Source: Octopus sinensis (lineage: Eukaryota). From it: DNA of 8,853 nt. A program made the translations under genes and the position numbers. Shown piece by piece: positions 1-6,588 of the stretch (the stretch's first letter is position 1; the number at the start of each line of letters is the position of its first letter). Location of the stretch: contig NW_021828318.1 in assembly GCF_006345805.1 (NCBI RefSeq), positions 1 through 8,853 of the forward strand, in the 5' to 3' direction. Under the pieces are notes generated by a model. The model made no database searches and was not told where the DNA came from. It was given only the letters and a program-made list of their open reading frames with translations.

Positions 1-54
<54 letters not shown>
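1..54 (+). repeat. (AAT)18 microsatellite, runs off the window start
   Basis: 18 perfect AAT units read directly, followed by AGCAACAAC. Confidence 0.99.
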
Positions 55-55
<1 letters not shown>

Positions 56-120
56 GCAACAACACGACAAAACATCGAAAAATACATAGGAATGAGAACC
101 CAGGTTCGAAATTTCCCCAA

Positions 121-166
121 GACACCTGTTGAAGGCTGGATGGTGTATCAGCCGAAATGTTGTGTT
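121..166 (+). ncRNA. Degenerate minimal type I hammerhead ribozyme motif
   Basis: Stem I is GACAC (121-125) with GTGTT (162-166), 5 bp including one G-U. The core box is CTGTTGA (126-132; canonical CUGANGA). Stem II is a perfect GGCTG (134-138)/CAGCC (149-153). GAAA lies at 154-157, followed by T-GTT (158-161; canonical C-GUH) with a loopless stem III. All elements are in canonical order, with two core substitutions. Confidence 0.7.
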
Positions 167-199
167 AACAACAAAGAAGATGAGGTCAAATATCCGTCA

Positions 200-222
200 A
201 ATGTAAATTATGTAAATAATGT
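200..222 (+). repeat. 9 bp tandem repeat, 2.5 units (AATGTAAAT TATGTAAAT AATGT)
   Basis: Read directly. It sits at the apparent 3' end of the hammerhead-bearing repeat. Confidence 0.75.
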
Positions 223-260
223 TTTGAAAGTAATTTGAATAAGGTGGGATATCAGCATTG

Positions 261-706
261 GGTATTCTAGGGCCATTCTTTGTATACCAAACTGTCACTG
301 GGGACGCTCATCTAAACTTGCTGGCGGAATCCATCGTTCCATGTGTCAAAGAGCAGTTAGATGACGAAGAGATTTACCTTTAGCAAGGTGTTGCACCTCT
401 CCATTACCATCATGATGTAAAGACCTATCTTGATGCAATTTTTTCGAACAGATGAATTGGTCGAAGAGGTTGTGTTAAATTCCCTGCTCGTTCACCAGAC
501 ATCCCTTCAATGGACTTCTTTTTATGAGGATATCTCAATGGTAAGATTTACCGCTGAAACCAGCAAGAGTCGATGAGCTGAGAGAGGAAGTTCAAAGACA
601 ATGTCCTGCGGTTCCAAATAGAATTATTCGTAGCGTTTTTAAATCCATAGATCAGCAGTATCGGTTGTGTTTGGAGAGTTGTGGTCGTCAGTGTGAACAT
701 TTATGA
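261..706 (+). pseudogene. DD41D transposase C-terminal catalytic fragment
   Basis: Frame +3 reads GILGPFF...*QGVAPLHY...NR*IGRRG..FPARSPDIPSMDFFL*GYL, matching QQDGAPPHY...RWIGRGG..WPARSPDLTPLDFFLWGYL. There are 41 residues between the second catalytic position (D mutated to G) and the third D. A 1 bp shift near 554 leads to KPARVDELREEV...GRQCEHL* (TGA 704-706). It has three nonsense codons. Confidence 0.88.
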
Positions 707-867
707 AAATGCATTTATCTATTTTGCGTTTAACCATTAATCATTGTCAATAAACAGTGTATTTATTGTTGTTTAAAGAGCGAGTTTTTTTACCATGTAA
801 TTGGGAATTTGAACCATTAATCTTGTTTCTAAGTCAATAAACACCGAATTGTCATTTAAAGTATGAG

Positions 868-888
868 TACATTTTGGGGGACACCCTC

Positions 889-890
<2 letters not shown>
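868..890 (+). repeat. Putative right TIR of the DD41D element
   Basis: The reverse complement begins CAGAGGGTGTCCCCCAAAATGTA, like the CAGGGTG-type ends of this group. The partner TIR is absent and TG follows instead of TA. Confidence 0.5.

Positions 891-920
<30 letters not shown>
889..920 (+). repeat. Compound (TG)9(AG)7 microsatellite
   Basis: Read directly. Confidence 0.97.
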
Positions 921-921
<1 letters not shown>

Positions 922-1057
922 AAGAGTGAGTGGACATAAGAAAGAAAAGGGCACAACGTATTTTGTAGGAGTCACAGTTTGATACGGTTTGATGCGACTT
1001 AAAATTTTGCAGGCCTCTAACAGAAGCCCGTCTCTTTCAAATTGCTGTATATACACC

Positions 1058-1402
1058 AATGTGTTGAACTAGAATATCAGTGAAATAAAGAACATTGACA
1101 AGAAAATTCGTAAGCTGCTGACTTGCAATAAGATGCGCCAACCGAAGGTAGACGCGTTTTTTCACAGAGCCCAAGGAGATCGAGGTTTGATTTAGTTTGA
1201 AATCTCTCACAAAACCGCCTCAATTGGACTGGTCAAATATCTTGAAACCTCTAAAGACTGGATCCTAAAATTCGTTGGAAGTCAGGAGAGGCGTAAGAAA
1301 CACATTCCGTCATGAAGGAGAGCAAAACATTTGCTATTGAGTTTATGCATAATACCCTGGCTGACCAGAATGGAAGTGCGGCAACTGTTGTTGCAAAGGT
1401 GG
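1058..1402 (+). mobile_element. Old R4/Dong-clade LINE fragment A (post-RT region)
   Basis: NVLN*NISEIKNIDKKIRKLLTCNKMRQPKVDAFFHRAQGDRGLI*FEISHKTASIGLVKYL...HSVMKESKTF aligns by eye with NILNWTRNELSKIDRKTRKILTGSRMHHPKSDIERLYIQHIEGGRGLIQLENYYKITTIGLQKYL...LSVFKEADKF of the element at ~7675-7965. It has two stops and one frameshift. Confidence 0.85.
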
Positions 1403-1423
1403 TGATTAATGAATTATAACTGA

Positions 1424-2060
1424 TTAATGAATTCAGTTATAACCCAGAGGAGGATATAACTTTTGCATCATACTATAGAAGGTACAAAGAAACTTTTAAG
1501 CAAGATTGCAAATCATAGATGTACGAACAAAAAGTAAGATTGTTATCGCAAAAATTAGCTCCGTTAAAGCATGAACGTTACTGTAATTTCATAATGTTCA
1601 AAAAACCCAAGTAAATTTATTTTAGAGAAACAACAGAATTACTAACATATTCAGTGATAAAATTTCTCTGTTTAACACTTAAATGGAGTGTTAGAATATA
1701 ATTAAAAAAAAGAGATGATAATCGTATCACATACGCAGGAACAGTCAACAGGATGTGTGAAAGTTTTAAACTCAAAGAACTTACACCTGAGATGTTCAAA
1801 TGTCTTACAAGGCCTTACAGCAAGCGAAGATACAGAAACTGGGGCAAAAATTCTTTCTAAATTGGAACCAAAATCTCACTGTTCATGGCAGAAGTATGCC
1901 AAAGAATGGTAAACCTGAAACATGATGTAGAAAAAAATCAAGAAAAGGATTCCTCAAAAATACAGATATGCCGACCAGAAAAGTACAACTAAAACAAATC
2001 ACCATGTTATAATCTATGTTATGGATGAGGGGGCATACATTTCAGAAAAGACTGTCCATT
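1424..2060 (+). pseudogene. Gypsy gag remnant with zinc knuckle
   Basis: INEFSYNPEEDITFASYYRRYKETF...KVRLLSQKL...HERYCNFI...TYAGTVNRMCESFKLKELTPEMFKCL...KILSKLE. The knuckle reads C-YG-*(C)-GGI-H-FRKD-C at 2017-2055. Several stops and frameshifts. Confidence 0.8.
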
Positions 2061-2091
2061 TAAAAATCAAAAAGTTACAGTTGCAAAAGAA

Positions 2092-2478
2092 TTGGTCACA
2101 AGAGTTCACACTGCAGAACAAAATTACGAAGGTCAAACGTTAAAAATCTTCTCAGCAGAAACAAAAATCGACTCTCAAATATTCGTAAAAATAAATGGAA
2201 TATGTATTAAACTTCAATTGGATACTGGAAGTGATATTTCAATAATAAATATGGACACATGGAAGAAAATAGGGAAACCTATGTTAAGAAAAACAGTGAA
2301 ATCTGCACGTAGCGTGACGGGCGATAAATTACATTTCATAAGCGAAATGTTGATTAATGTCACATTTCGAGGGAAAACATACAAGGCTAAAGTCTTCGTC
2401 TTTAAAAATGCCACTGACATATTTGGTACCGAATTGTTAGAATTATTCAATTTAAGGGACCATAAATCCCTATTGTAA
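2092..2478 (+). pseudogene. Gypsy aspartic protease (retropepsin) remnant
   Basis: The ORF contains IKLQLDTGSDISII (DTG at 2221-2229) and a DIFGTELL end motif (cf. LLGxD). Confidence 0.92.
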
Positions 2479-2586
2479 AACGTAAATGGTTGTCCCTCTG
2501 AAAATAATTCGTCTGGAGAGTTAAAGAGAAATATTTTAATATGGTTCTGCTAGTATTCTCGGACAAACTAGGTATGTGCACAAAGA

Positions 2587-2942
2587 CTGAGAGCCCATGG
2601 TCCAGGATACATATCGAAAACGCTGGACCAGTGAACGTCGCATACTATATAATCGTTGTGGATAGCTATACAAAGTGGCCAAAAGTATGCAGATGTAATA
2701 AACTCACAGCAAAGACAGCAATAAATTTCCTACTCGAGTTATTTGTTCGATAAGGTGTTCCTGACACGTTAGTTTCAGATAATGGAACACAATTCACGGG
2801 ATATGAATTAAGAAATTTCTTCAAAATACATGCCATAAAGCACATCTTCACCCCACTCTACCACAGTAGTTTGAACGGGCAGGCAGGAAGATCTTTCGGC
2901 ACGTTCAAGAGAGCTCTAAGAAAAGCTAGGAACGAGAGTATA
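2587..2942 (+). pseudogene. Gypsy integrase core, 5' part
   Basis: PWSRIHIENAGP...IIVVDSYTKWP...R*GVPDTLVSDNGTQFTG...YHSSLNGQAGRSFGTFKRALRK. The 35-residue D-to-E spacing is kept, but E is now G (GGA, 2886-2888). Confidence 0.93.
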
Positions 2943-2944
2943 TA

Positions 2945-2984
2945 TCAGGCTGAGTAAAAAGCAAGCAACGCTTTGAAACATGAA
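2945..2984 (+). repeat. Mariner TIR (transposase 3' side)
   Basis: TCAGGCTGAGTAAAAAGCAAGCAACGCTTTGAAACATGAA; partner at 3702-3741. Confidence 0.93.
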
Positions 2985-3018
2985 ATTCATCACGATATAT
3001 TTCAGTAAAGCGGAAATT

Positions 3019-3557
3019 TTATTCATCAAACTAAGTACCATTACAATCAACACATCTTTTCAAACGAAAACAAGCTTGTTTATTCCAGTAACATAAAAAT
3101 CTGGAGTTCTGGAGCGGATGAACTCTTTGAATGCACTTTCAGCATCAGTTTGATTTTTGAACTCCTTCTCTCACAGGAAACTCTCAAGTTGCCTGAAAAG
3201 TGGTAGTTGACAGGAGAAAACTCCAGAGGATATGTTTGGTGAGGAAGAACTTCGTAACGAAGTTCCCTCAACTTCTAGAGCGTCATTAGTGAAACGTGTA
3301 GTCGAGCATTGTCATGAAGAATGATTGACTCTCTTCTTTTGACAAGTCTGGGACGGAGGAGTAGTAGATCTTTCTCAATGACAGTCTTTAATTGACCGTA
3401 ATTGATGACAGTTGGGCGTCCACTATGTTCACGATCTTCAAGGCTCAGGTCATTTCCTCACCAAACATTTCGTTGATATCGCAAGCAGTTTCAGCCGCTT
3501 TACGTCCTTTTTTGAAGTTGAATAGCAAAATTACTCGAATATTGCGCTCAGTTTCAT
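3019..3557 (-). pseudogene. Mariner DD34D transposase remnant with two internal deletions
   Basis: MKLS..IRVILLFNFKKGRKAAETACDINEMFGEEMT / SLEDREHSGRPTVIN..LKTVIEKD / LRPRLVKRRESIILHDNARLH...LRYEVLPHQTYPLEFSPVNYHF...FIRSRTPDFYVTGINKLV..CVDCNGT*FDE*. There are 34 residues between the D of HDNA and the third-D position (now N). The first-D region is missing. Confidence 0.92.
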
Positions 3558-3701
3558 TTCCGATGATTGTAGCAACGGTGAAAAAAATATCAGTGTTAAT
3601 TTATTGATGCATTTGGACACGTCTATGTCTGTATTATCAGACAATTTATTTTTTAAATGTTTTTAAAAATTTCAAACTCTGCAAAAATCTGGTACAATTT
3701 C

Positions 3702-3741
3702 TTCATGGTTCAAAACGTTGCTTACATTTTACTCAACTTGA
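3702..3741 (-). repeat. Mariner TIR (transposase 5' side)
   Basis: TTCATGGTTCAAAACGTTGCTTACATTTTACTCAACTTGA; 34/40 match to the reverse complement of 2945-2984. Confidence 0.93.
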
Positions 3742-3743
3742 TA

Positions 3744-4140
3744 GAACATCAAATCCAAATACTAATTCAGGAAAAGTCCCCAGCGCGTAAAATAAAATCG
3801 ATCTTCGATAAATTATTGCCAGGAAAAAAATACATATAAAGGAAAGACAAAAAATACATTTGAAGGGATTATAAGAAATATTACAAAACATTGAAATTAC
3901 AAAAATATAGAAGAAGGTGGGGAGGATGGCGGTAGAATCAAAAGATTAGGCAAGATGATGCATTTATTTAAAGGACAACATTTGGAACAAAAGAGACACC
4001 TTCACCAGTTAAAGATGAGATATTCAGAAGGGTTAATATCAATGAAACTCTTCTATGATATGTTTCAAGTGCCAGTACCGAGAGATATTGAACCCCGTAG
4101 AACTAGCTTCGGAAAATGAAAACAGACTGAATATATGGAA
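3744..4140 (+). pseudogene. Gypsy integrase C-terminal remnant, resuming after the mariner
   Basis: (Y)RTSNPNTNSG-KSPA-RKIKSIFDKLLPGKK matches YRxTP...SPAELMFxRKIxxxFDxLLP. A later KRHLHQLKMRY matches KRHxNQLRxR. Confidence 0.8.
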
Positions 4141-4179
4141 GTATTAAATTTTCAAAAAAATGTATTAAATTTTCAAAAA
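4141..4179 (+). repeat. Tandem duplication of GTATTAAATTTTCAAAAA (18 bp, period 21)
   Basis: Identical copies at 4141-4158 and 4162-4179. Confidence 0.9.
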
Positions 4180-4364
4180 GAAAACAAGAGTGAAAACATG
4201 AGTGTTTCGTACAAGGAAAAGAAAAGTGCTGTGTACAATGAGCAATACTACCTTAAAAATCGGGCAACAATTAAGATACAACAGCTAAAAAAAGTGGGAG
4301 CGGAGCTGGAAAGAAAAAAATTAAAAGAAAAGAAATTCCACTTTCTGACAGTAGTCGGAATCTC

Positions 4365-4375
4365 AAAAGGAGAGG
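4365..4375 (+). other. Polypurine tract of the Gypsy element
   Basis: AAAAGGAGAGG lies immediately 5' of TGTTG, downstream of integrase. Confidence 0.8.
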
Positions 4376-4620
4376 TGTTGTGATGAGAGTAACGACACCC
4401 CTTTGCGAGTGAAATACTGATGCGAGTGAAATACTGATCCTAGTAAGTTAGAGGATCAGAGTTTGGAGTTGAGTGAAGTTTGTGTCGGAAGGTGTCGGTT
4501 GGTTAGTTCACAAGGAATATTGATTGTTGATTCGTAAAGAGATTTATTAGTTCGTTACATTGTTGTTACTGTTGTCTGGTTATCTTATTTATTGTACGTA
4601 ACAATTTACGTTATAATACA
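4376..4620 (+). repeat. Putative 3' LTR (245 bp, TGT...ACA)
   Basis: It starts TGTTG right after the PPT and ends ATAATACA exactly where LINE coding similarity resumes. There is no second LTR in the window to confirm it. Confidence 0.72.
4404..4437 (+). repeat. Perfect 17 bp tandem duplication inside the LTR (TGCGAGTGAAATACTGA x2)
   Basis: Copies at 4404-4420 and 4421-4437. Confidence 0.95.
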
Positions 4621-5292
4621 ATGGGTACGGAGCTCGGAGCTAAAGGCAGAGAACAAAGGCTTCATCTTAGGTGTTCAAGATCAAAGCTTATTGACCAGGA
4701 CTTACCAAGCCAATATGATGTAAAATTGAGTGGATCCAAAGTGCCGATTCTACAAGGATGAGATTGAAAGAGAGGACCATCTGCTCTCCGAGTGTAAAGT
4801 TTTAGCATCAGTGGAGTATAAATCAAGAGATAACAGAGTTGGACAATATCTGCACTGTCGGCATTATAAAATCAAAACTGCTGACAAATTTTATAAGCAC
4901 CACTTTGAGGCTGTAACTGGGGGAGAAAATGTAACGATTCTATGGGACTTTTCAGTACACACAGACAGAACCATCAAGTCCAATAAACCGAAAATTGTTG
5001 TGAAAGACAAAAGCAATAAAGTCTGTTTATTGATTGATATGAGCGTCCCTTGTGATCATAATATATTTTCACAAAAGAATTTGACAAGCTCAGAAAATAT
5101 ACAGATCTGATCATTGAAATCGAAAAATAAAGTGGCATTTCAGGACGGTTACAATACCAGTGATTGTAAGAGCAGTTGATCAAAACAGGAAATGAAAATT
5201 ATTTGAGAATGATCCATGGTTTATCACCGATGCAAGAAGTGCAAAAGACCTTCTTAACTTTTAAAGTGCACGTATTGAGAAGAACATTGAAA
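4621..5292 (+). mobile_element. Old R4/Dong-clade LINE fragment B (CCHC plus restriction-like endonuclease), decayed
   Basis: WVRSSELKAENKGFILGVQDQSLLTRTYQ...CRFY..EREDHLLSEC...ILWDFSVHTDRTIKSNKPKIVV..CLLIDMSVP..KEFDKLRKY.DL...TIPVIV...VHVLRRTL parallels 8171-8853. The second Cys is now Tyr and PD is now PK. It has stops and frameshifts. Confidence 0.93.
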
Positions 5293-5526
5293 GGGAAGAA
5301 TGCTACTGCTATTAAGCCCTAGCATACACCGTTTCCAGTTGGCCATTCTTCCCTTTCATGGGACTGCCACAGTAAGCTGGCAACATACCGTCACATTATA
5401 CTTATTATTGTTGTTATTTGCAACTTCACCAGCACTACCACTTACAACAAATACTACCTACTTCAGAGCAATACACACAAGCAACACAAATCTTGTGACA
5501 CATCTTAGAGACAAAACAGATATCAC

Positions 5527-5538
5527 AATAATAATAAC

Positions 5539-5604
<66 letters not shown>
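5527..5604 (+). repeat. (AAT)26 microsatellite with one AAC unit
   Basis: 78 bp read directly; the fourth unit is AAC (5536-5538). Confidence 0.99.
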
Positions 5605-5605
<1 letters not shown>

Positions 5606-6588
5606 GAGATATAGACTTGGATACAGCAATGAACCCTAATAAATTAGCTAACGTACGAAGATACATTCTCAAAGCCAAAAAAATATCAGAAATAGAAATA
5701 GAACATTTAAAAGAAAAAATACACCAGGAAAATGTAGATAGAAGCCACACAACAATGCCCAATAATAAAACACTGAAACTGTAAAACACGAAGACAAACG
5801 CAACATTCCCAACAAACACGATGTAAACAACGAAGGGGAGCCTAATGATTATGATAATATAAAAAATAAAATAATCAAAGAACTGAAAACCACAGAGCCC
5901 AAAATGGACCACCGACCATACCTCCCAAGAATAAAAATAAACGCAATAACAACACCAATTATAAACAACATAAAGCTAGCCGTCACTGAACTAGCCACTG
6001 AAACAAAAAGTGATATCACTGAACTAAATGACTTGATATACGCAGCAGCCACTGCAGCCACAAAAGAAGCTGGATACTCACCCAAACCCGCCCAAACAGG
6101 AGTACCACCACCCAAACAAACCCTGTGGATAAATAACATCCAAAACAAAATTAAAAAATTAGAAAAGACCTGTCGATTCTTAATGAAATCAGCAAACAAG
6201 CAACGCTACTAAGCATCAAAAAGAGAACAAAAATGCTCCGCAAATATAACATCACAGAAAAAGATTTGCCGGAGATAAAAGAAAAGCTGAAGCAAGATAT
6301 CCTTGCCAAAGCTCAAAGGATCCGCCGGTACGAGAAACGCCAACGCTTCTTTGAACAGAACAAAAAGTTCAACTCCGACCCCAAAAAGTTCTACCAAGAA
6401 CTGGGCAAGAATAAAATAGAAGTCACTGCAGCACCAACGGCAGAAGAATTGGAAGAATTCTGGAGAGAAATATGGTCGGCGAACGAACAGCCAAAAAGAG
6501 GAGTATGAAAATAACAAACTCGGCATCTGAACAACTTTGGACCCCCATAACAACTGAAGAGGTCACCCAGGCACTGCAAAAACTAAGC

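Larger units (their letters stand above)
55..222 (+). mobile_element. Short ORF-less hammerhead-bearing repeat, probably a Penelope-like pLTR fragment or a non-autonomous retroelement
   Basis: It contains a minimal hammerhead fold at 121-166 and ends in a 9 bp tandem tail at 200-222. Minimal type I hammerheads are a known feature of Penelope-like pLTRs. Family and boundaries are inferred. Confidence 0.5.
243..890 (+). mobile_element. 3' half of a Tc1/mariner DD41D (rosa-type) DNA transposon, decayed
   Basis: A transposase remnant at 261-706 is followed by an AT-rich 3' region and a TIR-like end (TTTTGGGGGACACCCTCTG, to 890). No 5' half or left TIR is present in the window. Confidence 0.85.
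2945..3741 (-). mobile_element. Internally deleted mariner (DD34D), 797 bp, both TIRs present, TA TSD
   Basis: TIRs at 2945-2984 and 3702-3741 are reverse complements at 34/40 positions. TA lies at 2943-2944 and 3742-3743. A transposase remnant is on the minus strand. Confidence 0.95.
1423..4620 (+). mobile_element. Ty3/Gypsy LTR retrotransposon remnant (K02A2.6-like gag-pol type); 5' LTR, PBS and RT/RNase H missing
   Basis: Gag remnant, CCHC knuckle, DTG protease, DD35E integrase, PPT and a TG..CA LTR are all on + and in Gypsy order. It is interrupted by the mariner at 2945-3741. Confidence 0.92.

Noticed and set aside
921-1057. Possible upstream extension of LINE fragment A or a host exon
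   Set aside because: I found no convincing motif in any frame, so it is left unassigned.
856-1059. 67 aa minus-strand ORF with LSLSLSHTHTHT
   Set aside because: It translates the (TG)n(AG)n microsatellite and flank; no coding support.
1380-1445. 5' LTR or primer-binding site for the Gypsy element
   Set aside because: No copy of 4376-4620 and no TGG-initiated tRNA-complementary site was found upstream of gag; LINE sequence abuts it instead.
3019-3557. Domesticated SETMAR-like gene
   Set aside because: It has both TIRs, a TA TSD, stops, deletions, a lost catalytic residue and no SET domain or splice context.
3392-3839. Plus-strand ORFs 3392..3607 and 3657..3839
   Set aside because: The first is the antisense of the mariner transposase. 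The second is a chance fusion of mariner TIR sequence with the integrase remnant.
4141-4437. Short direct repeats as a CRISPR-like array
   Set aside because: Each is only two adjacent copies without unique spacers, and there are no cas genes.
5293-5400. Small hairpins (TGCTA/TAGCA, TGCCA/TGGCA) as a ribozyme or structured RNA
   Set aside because: The stems are only 5 bp with no HDV or hammerhead core; this is expected by chance.
5300-5912. ORFs with poly-Ile, poly-Tyr and poly-Leu (5300..5614 +, 5435..5629 -, 5523..5912 -)
   Set aside because: These are stop-free readings of the (AAT)26 microsatellite, not membrane proteins.
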